The notes beneath the pieces are model-generated. The model was not told the origin of the DNA. It made no database searches and saw only the letters and a list, made by a program, of their open reading frames with translations. From positions 15,440,001 through 15,500,000 of the forward strand of contig OZ249436.1 in the NCBI GenBank assembly GCA_965235115.1: DNA of 60,000 nt. Direction: 5' to 3'. This document shows, in pieces, positions 1 to 12,160 of this stretch (position 1 is the stretch's first letter; the number at the start of each line of letters is the position of its first letter). The position numbers and the translations under genes are program-made. Source of the DNA: Laetmonice hystrix (lineage: Eukaryota).

Positions 1-268
1 CAACTTTTAAAATGCCGTGGCACTGATAACGCGTGGCCATAATAATGACGGGAGTCCGTATAATAATAAAAATGTATTAATAGGTCCCGTATAAAAACAA
101 TATTAGCATACTGAAATTCCCCTATTATCGCCCATGTATACATCTGAAATTGATTACATTTCTTGGCATTTGGCCCTGCAGAAAGATATGAAATTATTTC
201 CATCCGAACACACTTGGATGCAGGCATCATCCTGCGGAGTGCCTTTTACTCGGAAATACTTAACTTAC

Positions 269-371
269 CCCCAACATCAGAGACGATCCAGTTGGGCATG
301 GCCAGACTGGCGATGGCGAAAAGGTCGGCAGCGAAAAACAACGCTCCCGAAATTATGCTCAATTTGTCCAT
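269..371 (-). CDS. MOSMO: First coding exon of modulator of smoothened (C16orf52/ATTHOG family); the gene continues beyond the left edge of the window
   Basis: From ATG at 371 the minus strand reads MDKLSIISGALFFAADLFAIASLAMPNWIVSDVG, then a phase-1 GTAAGT donor (268-263). This closely resembles the MOSMO N-terminus as I recall it (MDKLTIISGCLFLAADIFAIASIANPDW). Confidence 0.9.
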
Positions 372-1382
372 AGCGGGGAATATCGTATCGATCACAGTCT
401 ATACAATGTCTTATGTCTCGATCCTTGATGGCCCCATTGTATGTGCTTTGCTTAGGCGATTGTTTGGGCTTGTTGTATCAGTCTTTAGTCCTTCCTCTGG
501 AGCCACTGCCAGTGCCAGGGGGGATGCCAATACGCCATCTAGTGACAAATTGATGAAATACGAAAGGCCTGCTATAGTTGACGCCGGCCCGTTGACGATG
601 GCCTGTAAAACTATCACAGTCTATAAGGTAGCCCCCGGTCTCATATATATAACTACGTTTTGCATTAATTGGGGAGTAGACAGGATTGGTAATGGTGGGG
701 GTGGAGTCAGTGGTAAAAAGTTGCTAATTACCTGAGGATACCAACAAAAGGCCTCTAGGAATGTGAAGAATGAAATCGAGAGCTCACTGGGGTGGCAGGG
801 ACTGTAACCTACCAATCACATGACTATCCAATGCAAAACATGGCTGCAGTGTGTTGACAGGCCGTTGACAGTCAAGTGCAATGGATTCTGTGCCAGAACT
901 AAGTTTAGAAGGCCAGGCAAGTATAAAATTTATCTCATTGTACGGAAATAATTAAATGTAGTATGCTGCTCCATTTTATTTTACAAAATCTGTATAAAGC
1001 TACGTGTCCTTAATTAATACAGACAGTGAATCTGAATAGGGTTAGGCCTACTCCAACAAGCCAGAGTCTGATAGGCTATCTGATATGTGGTCTGTATCAG
1101 ACTCTGGCAGTTGAATCGAAAAAGCGCGTGGCAACCACATTGAACGTTCGAGTGACCGGGGTTCGCGTCATTCGGCGACTGATAACTTCCTTTTGGGATC
1201 ACTCCGGGTGGTAAAACTTGCCAAGTAGATACAAAAGATATTAATGTGTGATTCACGGTGATGTGTTGCGTTGTGGTCTTTATAAAGCATACTTTTGTGC
1301 ACGGTTTTGCCTGTTCTCTTTGCACACAACCGTCGAACGGAAGTATAGCCATGTTGGATTGACCGAGTGGTCATGAACATAT

Positions 1383-1690
1383 GAATTGTTATGTGGCCGC
1401 CAGGCGGAACGAACCACGCAGATTCCCAGCCAGCGTGGTGCTGTTCACTTCCCATTGCGATTCCACTTTTACCAGAAACATGCCCATGACGTCACCGCTA
1501 GCCAAATTCGAATCAAGATGGCGACAGATTCATCGACGATTTCAGAGAGGGTTGCAAACGACAGCCGCACACGAACTCAGTATTAATCAACATACCCCAA
1601 TAACGGTGTGAAGAGAGAGAAAAAGGTGTCTGCTGTCACCGGTAGAGTCAGTTAGTGTAATGAGTCAGTCGTAGTGAGTGAGTGAAGCCG
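1383..1690 (+). repeat. Dispersed ~300 bp repeat, copy 1 (copy 2 is inverted at 58441-58731)
   Basis: GAATTGTTATGTGGCCGCCAGGCGGAACGAACCACGCAGATTCCCAGCCAG...GTAGTGAGTGAGTG aligns with the reverse complement of 58441-58731, with substitutions and a ~27 bp indel. Confidence 0.9.
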
Positions 1691-3177
1691 GTGAAGTTTG
1701 CCACGGGGGTAGGCGTGGCAAGGTGCCACTGGTTTTGAAAGCTTAACTCCTAGACCCTGTTGACAACAAACTAGCAGAAACAGGGTCTAGGTTCCTGGAC
1801 TAGGGTTAGGCCCTACTCCTACCAAGTAGGCCTAGATCTACCACCAGCACCAGGCAGTAGTAGTATAAGAAGTACCATACATACCTCAGTCAAATCATAT
1901 CATGTTGCGTTGCCATGAATGATGATTTTATAGCCTACACTGCCTATTATTTGGTATTTTCAAAATTTGGCACTTTAACAAGCACATTATGAAAATCAAA
2001 ATTAATGTATCAAGGCCTATCAGACATAATTAAATTAAGTTAAATTAAGTTAGTTCGCCCGCCATACATTGTCATTGACTTCGCAAGGCGCCTGCACCTT
2101 TATCACAGTTTGATTTGGACTTGAAAAAAACTGCATCTCCATTTAAATCACCACCACCACCTCATCATGAAAATGACCACAGGCTCAACCCAGAGTCATC
2201 GGCCAAGATCATTGTGAAAAGGTATAGCTTCCCCCCCCCCCCCCCCAAAAAAAACCCCCAAGAATATGTTATTAAACATTATTTAATAAAATGTACGTTT
2301 TCCATTCTTTATTTTCTGTTTGATTTTCAGCCTAAAACGCAACAACGCACTCCAATTTTTCAATTTTTTTTCTGGGGGAACGTGCCCCTGGCCCAGACCC
2401 CCCCCCCCCCCCCCCCCGGCATGCCCATATTAGAAACCAGTCAAGAAACAGATCTCTGGATCTGCCTCTGCACCTGGCCCAGGCCATACGTATTGTTATT
2501 TCTGGCCTATGGCTTGGCTGCTGGACTTTGAGCTGCAAAAGTTGTAGATAAATTACCGTTATGCCCCCCCCCCCCCAATATTTTTTCCTTCCTACACCCC
2601 TGCAGTCATGAGTCATCCCTGATTCTAATGCCACCTTGGGGACACAGGGTGGCAGTTTTATGAGGGTTTGCCTTGATGTACCGTACCAACTGGGACTTCA
2701 GCAATGATATCATGCTCATCAACTATAGGTAGTAATTATCCAACACCAATGTCAATGAAGGTGCTGTGTTAAAACCACATTATAGTGTTAGAGTCACAGG
2801 TATTTGTATTTTCTTGTTTTGTTCCTGTGACATCCCTAATGTTTAAGGCCCCCTTGTGTAAGCCACTGTCAAATCTAAGGGGACACCTAGGAAGAAATTT
2901 TAAGATTGAAACCTAGGCTACATTCCTTGCCAACAAATTTGGTACCTCAGCCAATGTTGATAAAATTTCAATGATAGCCACTTATCCATGAAAATCAGAA
3001 AGTCTCCTTTGTTAATTAAAATATGAAACTATGTGAGGCCTTAAATGTGTATGTGGAGGGGTCGATTTGGAGATTAGGTACATTTGTTACTAGGTTAAGA
3101 ATCAATTAATGCCATCCCAGATGGAAAATACTGTATATCACACATGAAATAACTTTGATTGTAACTGCTGTGTTGGT

Positions 3178-5055
3178 ATGTTTCTGTCACAGCTGTCATA
3201 TGTTGGCCGTGACTGCCAGTACATCCCACCTGAGCTGGCCGCAGAGCATGGTGAGGCAACAAGGAGGTTAGATCTAAGCTTCAACTGCTTGCGGTAAGCC
3301 TCTGAAGTATTACCATCTTTCAAAATGAAAAACAGATCTCTACTCTATTAATTGAATGTGGCTATTTTTTCTTGAGTACATTCTGCCTGTATTGCTTGCA
3401 GGGACCTGTCCGGTATCGAGGGCTTTCCATACCTTGAGGAACTTGTACTTGACAACAACATCATCAGTGATAACGCCGTTTTTCCCTCACTACCACAACT
3501 TCACACACTTACACTCAACAAGAATAACATACCCTTTCTATTAGTGTGATTGCTAAATGTAACATAAATCTGTACAGATTCAAAGAACCTTTTTTTTAAA
3601 TGATAAAAATGGACTGTTTGGATCCAGAAGGTCGTCCTTTAGTCTAATTACCCCTGGTACTGTATAGTACGAAGGGAGTGAAATATATTGATAACAAGAT
3701 AGTGGCAGGATATCATTTTATGGAGAACAGACTTACTGGAAAAGGGTTTTGATTGTTTATCTGATACATGATCATGTTTTGTTTGCTGTGTAATGCTGTG
3801 TATACCTATTCAGAGACAAATATTGATGAATATAAAAAAAAGGACAGCTTATACACAGGGGTTACAGATATCAGTTACTGATTTGTTTCCTTGACTGTAT
3901 CAACTTGAAAGATCTGGATGCTTTGATAGACAAACTGAGGGCATCTATGCCCTCTCTGACATACTTGAGTCTACTAGGCAACAAAGCCTGTCCAAACCAA
4001 CTATCGGCTGAAGACAAAGATGAAGAGGACTATCAACGATACAGGTAGATTCTGTCTTTTTCGTTTGTTTGGTTTTTAATATAAAAAACACTAGTGCAGC
4101 AGTATTTTTACTTTTATAAACAGCAAATCCAAATATTTCTGGGATAGAGTTTGAAAAAACACACCAGAACCCAATTGAACAGACACTAAAATATCTGTTA
4201 ATAATTCACTGTGACCAGCATCAGCCACTTTGGTCTCATGTAACGTAAAGAACTGGATAATATAATTATAATTCTTATTTCAGGTACTATGTCTTGTACA
4301 AACTTCCACAGCTAAAGTTCTTGGATTCTACCCCAGTGAGATCTGTGGAAAGGAAATATGCTCAACGTCAGGGACCCTATCTCAAGGTTGTGCGACCAAG
4401 TGTTGAGACCAGCAGTGGTGTAAGTACTCCATTTGCAGCTGAAAATATTGTTATTTTCGTGTGAAAGATAAACGATTTATGGCAAAGATTTAAAAATTCT
4501 AAAAAACGACCTTTTACGTTTTACATAGTTAAATTAAGGGATGGCATTTTAAACAAATTAGGAGTACCATCACTAAATACTTCAGTTTCCGAATTGTTAA
4601 ATTATTTGATTTAATTTCAACATATTTAGACAGAAGAGGATTCGCCGCCTCGTTATACACCTTTGCCTAAACAGCTCAGAGACAGCAATGCCAAAGGTAA
4701 GGGATCACCCCGGACGACAAACATTTTTATGAATTATAATCTATGCATGTAGACATATAAAATGAGTAAAACTAGTATGATGTAAAAATACACACATTGG
4801 CAGTTTTATGAAACATCAGTTTGGCAGTCTTGCAATGAGCACAAAAGATTAAATGTACATTTGTATTACATGTCATAGGTGAAAAGTAAAAGAGCAGTCA
4901 CAGCGTGAACTCGTCATCTGTTTGGTGTTTGGAAACTACTGCCAAGATTTGATCAACTTGTTATCTTTTTTACAGCTACATTTGGAAAATGTCGATATGT
5001 CTACTATGGGCGACACTCTGAAGGAAACAGATTCATCAGAAACAATGATCTTTGA
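3178..5055 (+). CDS. LRMDA: Leucine-rich melanocyte differentiation-associated protein (C10orf11 family); start codon uncertain
   Basis: Exons 3193-3293, 3402-3528, 3905-4044, 4284-4419, 4630-4696 and 4976-5055 join in frame (651 nt, TGA at 5053-5055). They give [91 protein letters not shown], the characteristic LRMDA motifs. An in-frame ATG at 3178 is one possible start. Confidence 0.93.
3529..3904 (+). other. U12-type (minor spliceosome) AT-AC intron in LRMDA
   Basis: 5' end ATACCCTTTC, branch site TTTCCTTGAC at 3886-3895, terminal AC at 3903-3904. This junction joins ..LNKNN|LKDLD.. in frame. Confidence 0.85.
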
Positions 5056-6787
5056 TTGCAGGACTTCACCACCTTCAAACCTCACACTAATACATGTATC
5101 ACCATTTTTGGAAATGAAGCCTAAATTTGTTTAAAGCTTATAACATCACTACATCCCATCACTACTGGTAATGGTCACTAATGGTGAGATGGTGCTAGGT
5201 AATACCGGTATATGAACAAACAGTATAAAGAGCAAGACAAATCAAAGTGCAGGTTTGTAGTCTGGAGCAACTTGTAGAAGTCCAGGCCCGTAGCTAAAAC
5301 CTTTTGCTGGGGGTATCTTAAATATGGCAAGCGGAACGCCTTTGGCAGTTGACCCAAGGCTATAGCCCAGAAGCATTGCTTCGCTCGCCAATTTTCCTTT
5401 TTTTTTTGTCTCTCCTCTGTTCTCATCCCTGCAGAGTACACGCCAACATCAAGCTTTTTGTATCTATCTATGCTGTATAAATTCATGGATATATGAAAGC
5501 TTTGTCTTAGTGAAAGTATTGCATCGGGGAAAGGAGGAGTACTGCCGTAGGTTAATGCTCGTTTGTAGCTGAACCTTTAAACTGTATTGTAGGTCGGGCA
5601 TAATCACAAATACTGGCAGTGTTATTTTCTTCTGATGCTTCAAACACATGCTTATGTCCGGTTACCCAGCTATCTGAGGATATCAACCGTTATGTTTGAG
5701 TAAAAGCATTGTTTCCGACATCTGTAGACTTGTATACCCTGCCTGAGATCATTTATTTTCACATAGATATTGCTCACTGAAAGCATGTCTTGCATCAATT
5801 TGCGTTTTCATTTCAGATACACAACTAATTGTGATATACGGTACATGTACATGTATTGCTATTTCCCGCGTACATAACTTATGGTTGTCGTTCTGTTAAT
5901 TCAATTAATGTACTGTAGTAAATTTGATATAACAAATTTATTTAAACTAGGGCAAAGTATATTATATTGGAGTGTATTTGGATTCAGAGCATCCCGGTAG
6001 GTGTTTGAATTGTTGTCTTGCAAAAAGCAAAATGTTGGTTTTTGTCCAACATTCAATGGAATGCTACTTCGGCTATGGCCAATTGGTATAATTTGTAGCA
6101 GGTTTTATCATTTTATTTTACCATTGTTTGTCGTTCCGAGTCTGCATATGATGGTAACAAGTACAGAGTCAGTATTATTTTTTCTGCCATGGCTCAGATG
6201 AAGTGTCCTATCGCAGAGGAGAGGGCAGTGTTTCAAGTGGCAAATACAGGGTTGTTCACATATATTTTCTAACGTATAGAAGCTGCTTATACCGATTGTA
6301 CTGCTCCTACTTTGACTGCCCCACAGCAGGGAATATAGTATGCACTAAAATGTACTTATGTATTTGGTGCAGCATTTTCAGGTTTTGTACTATAGTTGGA
6401 ATTAATAAACAGAAAAATATACAGAACGTGTTATGGAATTCTTACTACATTGTATAATTAGCAACACTGAAACTGGGCACTCATAGCTAAGCTACATGTT
6501 AATGGTTAAATTAGTCCATACTCTGGCTCCCATTATTTATACAAGTTCATCCCTACCACCACTTCTCTCTCAACTAGGCTGGCATCGTGTGAACAAAGGC
6601 AAACTCTCAGTATTCGTGACAGGCTTCTAGCAGACAGTCCACCAAGGAGGTGCCCAATACATCTAGGTACATGTACATGCTTTTTAATTAATAGGAGCAA
6701 CAGGAGCCTTTCTGCTCTTCAATTTTCCCATCCAATATAAAAGATCTGCCATTTCCCCACACACTTCAAAATGGCTTTTAATACTGT

Positions 6788-7261
6788 TAGTGCTGGGACG
6801 ATTCATTGATACTATCGTAAATCGTGATTTTTATCCACTGAACGTTACCATTTACGGTTCAAATACTGTGAATACGATATGTATTGATATGTTAATATTC
6901 TTTGTTATCAGAAAGGCATTAAAACGTGATAGAAAATTATAGAAAACTAACAAAAGCCGTGTCCCATGCATGGTGTCGTGCAGACATTGTGGCCATGTTC
7001 GTCTATGTATTGCACTATTGCTCTATTTACTGGTATCCCCCTCCAGGGCAAACATCAAAGAGTTAGAGAGTGATATGACATTTTTAATTTTTAATACGTG
7101 CACAATTGATCAGTAATCAGTTTGACTGGAATTTAAATACGTATCATGATACGTATCATATTGTGGAGCAAATACCAAGATACATATCGTATTGTGAACA
7201 GTACAAAATATCAAGATACATATCGTATCGTGAACAGTGTATCATCCCACTCCCAGCCCTA
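6788..7261. mobile_element. hAT-like MITE between the convergent 3' ends of LRMDA and FAM241
   Basis: Termini TAGTGCTGGGACGAT ... TCCCAGCCCTA, internal GATAC/GTATC subterminal repeats, degenerate 8 bp flanks (AATACTGT / TTAACTGT). Confidence 0.6.
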
Positions 7262-8186
7262 TTAACTGTCCACAGGCAGTGTTAAAGGGCATCTCCGACA
7301 ACAGGCCTCCCCTCCACATTACAGGACAGAGCATATTTCTCGTACTTTTGAAGAGATTTATTCATAAATACATTGTTGATCGACCAATATAATAAAATAG
7401 TCCGTATTTTAGTCTCATTGCAGTAGAAAATTGCTTCAAAATCGCTTCTTTTTCTTTTACAAAAAAGACTTACAGGTCTATAGTAGAAGACTATACAGTC
7501 AGATCGTTAATCTGTGCTTCTTTAATCCGTATACCTCACAATACGAACACACTTTCTGGCAACTTCTACCATTTTCTATTTAAAATGATTTAGTAATCCA
7601 TATATTTCACATACCGAACACATATTAATGGACACCAAGCTGTTCAGATAAACAAGGTCTGACTGTATATACAAAAATGTATATTTTACCAGTATGCAAT
7701 TCTATTTTAAGACTGATATAAGTCTCCTAAGTTTATAACAGTTCAAATAGAAGTACTAATATTTATATTTTGGAACTCAACTTTGTTGGGTATAATTCTG
7801 GAATGATCAACATAGGTACCTCACTCTACCTCTTACCAAAATGTGAAAGCATCTTACTCAGCTTGTTAATACTTCAATGATTGTGTACATCTGTATATCA
7901 ATGTATTGGTGCATATGCTATCAAAAGTGACACCTAAAGTTTTAATTCTGCTCAGTAAAGTCAATATATAATATTTTGAAGGCATTGAATAAAATATGAC
8001 AAAATTTTTATGTCCAGATTAGGTGCAATTTGAATAGCTGTTTTAAAAAAGGGAAAAAGTTCTCTATACTGGGTACCTCAATGCCCTGTGTCACATTTTT
8101 CTTCCACAATTTCATATCTGTTCATGTATGTAGCTGGGTAGCTTTTCATGATTCTCCCATTCCCAGGGTGTCTGTGTATATGGGTA

Positions 8187-10364
8187 CTATCTTCCCAGGC
8201 GGTGCCCTCCTCTTGCTGCCCAGCCCCTTCTGTGGCCACCACCACCAGCGCCACCGGTCGGATTATTACCAGCACCACTGCTCCACTTGACCACAAGGAA
8301 TAGAAGTGCTCCAAACATAAGCCCCTTGACACCCGTCAGCAGGAGAGCCAGGAGAAGTCCAACTGATACTATTGGCTCAATCACGTAGGGGCCAACATTG
8401 AAACGTGGTATTCCAGCCTGCAGTAGTCGTTCATTAAGGTTGTCAAATATTGAAACTTGTCGACCCTGCCCATATGCTTGGTTATTCTGGTCGTGCTGAA
8501 TTCTACCCTGAAGAAAAAAGAAGAAAAAGAGGACAATGTAGATAATGCTCTGAATGAGTCTGTGATTATCAATTAATATTGTCCACAACAGCGTCATACT
8601 GGCCACAACAATAATATTATTTAAACTTTCTGTTTTTTCTCTCTCTCACTAAAATAGTTTAATTTTAGGGTTTATTTTGGGAAACTTGGAGAACAGGGAC
8701 CCGTCTTACTAAGAATTTTGTCCCAAGCTGGCGACATCCCCAATCTGGGGACATCCCGGCGACATCGCCCGATGACCGTCTTACTAACATGTCGCCGATT
8801 GCCGCTTATGCTGACGATAATTCGCCCAGCAGAGAAACTTAAAACATGCTGTTTTAACACCTTTTGTAGTGCATTTTGCGTTCTTACCTTTTACAATCTA
8901 TGTAACTAAAATCATGAGCTCAACTTATGTTGTTTGATTATGATAAACTAACATTCCAAAACACGTTATTTTAGACGTCCGCCATGCCCATTCACTGTGT
9001 CAGCTAGAATCACTGTCTATTTTGACGTCAGACAATGGTTTGTTTGGACGTCACGTAGCGCTCTCTGTAAACACAAACGATGTGTTCGTGGCACTGGGGA
9101 GAGAAAGCAAGATCTCTAGTTTAGGCCAAAAAAAAAAAAAGTTTCGTTTCTTGTCCTTTCATATAAAAAAAATGGTGCGGTGACGCGGTTTTTTTTTTTT
9201 TTTGGTCTTTCTTTTTTTTTTTTTTGGATGCAACTAGACAACGGCCGATTCTTCGAATGCAATTGCTGTTGGGTACATAAATCTTGAAGAAAAGACCAAT
9301 ACAATGATGTTCAATGTTTTAGAACGTGTAAAACTCACCTAAAGTCAACAAGACTAACAGAAAAACGCCAACGCCAAAGAACCGTTGCAACGTTCTGTCA
9401 CAGCGCTACACTGCCCACCATATGAAGCAGTCGGATTTGAAAAAAAAGACTTGACGCGGGGGTTTTTAGGTGACGCGCGCGGGGACAAGAAACGAATCTA
9501 TTTTTTTTTTTTGGCCTTACGGTTTGACACATTTTAGCTTTTATTTTTGGGGCCAGTCTTACTAACGTAGATCCCGGGAATAATCCCCGGGATTGTCCCC
9601 AGTTTGGGGACATCCCCACTCTGAGGCGTCTTACTAAGAATGTCCCTCCCGGCGACATCCCCAAATCGGGGATTTTGGTGGGGACTGCTACTGAGTAGTC
9701 TCCGCCAAATCCCCGATAAGAAAACGTTAATTAGAGGTATATCTCTAAGTAAATAAAAGCTAAAATGTATCAAACCGTAAACTAGAGATCTTGCTTGCTC
9801 TCCCCAGTGCCACGAACACATCGTTTGTCTTGACAGAGAGCGCTACGTGACGTCCAAACAAACCATTGTCTGACGTCAAAATAGACAGTGATTCTAGCTG
9901 ACACAGTGAACGGGCATGGCGGACGTCTAAAATAACGTGTTTTGGAATGTTAGTTTATCATAATCAAACAACGTAAGTCGAGCTCATGATTTTAGTTACA
10001 TAGATTGTAAAAGGTAAGAAGGCAAAATGCACTACAAAAGGTGTTAAAACAGCATGTTTTAAGTTTCTCTGTTGGGCGAATTATCATCACCATAAGCGAC
10101 AATCGGCGACATGTTAGTAAGACAGTCATCGAGGGATGTCGCCGGGATGTCCCCAGATTGGGGATGTCGCCAGCTGGGGACAAAATTCTTAGTAAGACGG
10201 GCCCCAGGCTCCCAGGTTACCAAAGTTATTAATTTTGCACACAACGGATAGTACTACAGTTGAACCTGTCTGTTCTGTTCAGCAGAGCCTCCTCGACTGG
10301 TGGTTTGTTGTGCTCGAGGATCATCGTCAGGAACTATGTCCCCATTGGCAAGGATCTTCACCAT
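8187..10364 (-). CDS. FAM241B: FAM241 family (DUF4605) small membrane protein, 139 aa, two coding exons
   Basis: Exon 10364-10266 (MVKILANGDIVPDDDPRAQQ..) and exon 8507-8187 (GRIQHD..SIFDNLNERLLQAGIPRFNVGPYVIEPIVSVGLLLALLLTGVKGLMFGALLFLVVKWS..*) join at phase 0. This matches the FAM241B pattern (MVRILANGEIVQDDDPR..VEPVTSI). A probable 5' UTR intron runs from a donor at 11850 to an acceptor at 10384. Confidence 0.88.
8697..10204. mobile_element. Foldback PIF/Harbinger-like non-autonomous element with ~450 bp inverted arms, in the FAM241 intron
   Basis: Ends GGACCCGTCTTACTAAG / CTTAGTAAGACGGGCCC with CAG flanks (8694-8696, 10205-10207). Arm 8697-9547 (interrupted) is a near-reverse complement of arm 9751-10204. 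Confidence 0.88.
9124..9516. mobile_element. Nested Harbinger-like MITE with TTA target-site duplication
   Basis: GGCC(A)n..TTTCGTTTCTTGTCC / GGACAAGAAACGAA..(T)nGGCC with TTA at 9121-9123 and 9517-9519. Removing it restores the host arm seen intact on the right side. Confidence 0.85.
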
Positions 10365-10654
10365 CCCAACTGCTGTGGATGCACTGCAAACAGACTACAC
10401 GTCATAATTTTAAGTCAACATAAGGCGACTAAAGGCGTACCACTTTTTACCACTGACTACCATAGATGTAGTACCAAGGACGACCACGAATCAGTGCAGA
10501 CTAATGACCGCAGACCACCGCGGACCACTGGTTAGGGATAGCGATAGTATTACTATTATCACAAAAATTTAACAAATCTTTAAGGGATTAAGTGTTAGTC
10601 AGGGACAGTGATAGTGATAGTTCAAGGTTGAGTAGTGGGTGGGTGGGTATTTGG

Positions 10655-10800
10655 GGTTTTACACCTTGCAACAGCCAGGGTCATATCACGGCGGTGAAGA
10701 TGATGATGAAAGTCAGTTTTTCTTGGTGGAGGAAACCGGAGTGCCCGGAGGAAACCACCGACCTTCGGGAAGGAACTGACTGACAAACCTTTCACACATG
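10655..10800 (-). mobile_element. SINE fragment with a V-/Meta-SINE-type central core
   Basis: GGTGGAGGAAACCGGAGTGCCCGGAGGAAACCACCGACC is the reverse complement of the widespread GTGGTTTYCTCCGGGYACTCCGGTTTCCTCC core motif. Confidence 0.65.
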
Positions 10801-10854
10801 CAATCTGATCCACTGTAGTCCGCAGTGGTACGTGTTCATTAGTCAGCGGTGGTA

Positions 10855-11095
10855 CAGGGGCAGATCAAGGATTTTGGAAAAGGGGGGGGGGGGGGGGGGC
10901 GGTTTACCACATAGCAGTCGTCCGAGGGTGAAGCCTGAGCCCTGCTAGGGGGGTCCGGGGGCATGCCCCCAGACGATTTTGAACATCTAGAGTCCCTGAA
11001 ATGGCATTTCCTGCATTCTGAGAAAACAAAATTTTGCCTTTTTTCTGAATGGTACCCTGACGAAAGGGGGGGGGGGCCCCTTAAATCCGCCCCTG
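10855..11095. mobile_element. hAT-like MITE
   Basis: CAGGGGCAGATC ... AATCCGCCCCTG termini flanked by a GTGGTA direct repeat, with internal poly-G and GGGGGTCCGGGGGCATGCCCCC. Confidence 0.75.
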
Positions 11096-12160
11096 GTGGT
11101 ACACAGTCATTAGTCTGTGGAGATCCGAGGTCATTAGTCTGTGGTGATCTGCAGTCATCCACGGTAGTGCACGGCCTAAGTTACGCTATAGGATCATAAA
11201 TTTTTGGGAGTGTCTATTTGACCAGCAGCTGGCTAAATAAGGATCGAGTATGAGTTAGACTGGATACTCTCATTACTGACACATAGTCATAGGCTACTGA
11301 TATCATATAGGCAAGAAATTCAGTGAAGGGTAGGGTTAGCATCAGCAAAGTGCAAAGAGACATTATAATTATAATTTATTTGCTCTTATAAAACCTCACT
11401 ATATTTGACCAACACAACACAGTCACAGATATCATCCAATAGAATTCATGATTCTTGGTCGCATAACAGTTACACATGACCTAGCCTCTCACATACTCCG
11501 TCTACACATGACCAAACTTCTGCTGGTCAAATAGCCTCTGCCTAATTTTTTACATAATAATACTTTATTACTTAGGGCTTAAGTTAGACTAGCCTAACTT
11601 CTTACACTGACACTGTTTAGTGTACTCAGTTACTGTACTGTACTGTACTGTACAGTCTACACACTACATCTACAGTACAGTACAGTCGTACAGACCAGCA
11701 GAAGTCCAGATAGTTTCAGACTGATCATCAGCGGATAATGCGGGATAATGCCTACTGCTACTATGCCCAGGCCCTTTGCCTAATGATAGGTTATTTGTTT
11801 CGAAAAATTAAAAGTACATGTAGCTTGCTTTTCGGGGAATATTTACTTACACTGTTTATCATGCAGTAGTAGACACGAAGTTATCGAAAACACCACGCCC
11901 TCTATCGGTGGTGTACCGTGGTGTACTTAGCCTGGTGCCCGGTCTAACACTACGTATATAGAGCCTGGTGATGGCCAATCGAAGCAAGCGTTGTGATTGG
12001 TCCATCGAAAACATTGGCCTCAAACGAGGTAGTTCCGTACCTTCCGTATTTCTCCAACAAGATACAGATATTTTGGTCAATCACTTTACAATACAAGTGT
12101 TAAATGTCCTCGCTTTTCTGGATGTAGGCATAGCGTCATCAGTTCCCATAGGCCTACCTG

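Noticed and set aside
163..735. 190 aa + strand ORF, the longest in the track
   Set aside because: It is antisense to the MOSMO first exon and leader, starts at TTG, and has no recognisable domain.
6021..6052. AAAAAGCAAAA followed by a hairpin, resembling the MALAT1 triple-helix A-tract
   Set aside because: There is no upstream U-rich ENE stem and no downstream tRNA-like element.
8672..10244. Paired ORFs on both strands (MLKQHVLSFS.. and MS.AGDIPNLG..)
   Set aside because: They are mirror translations of the foldback element arms and show no transposase motifs.
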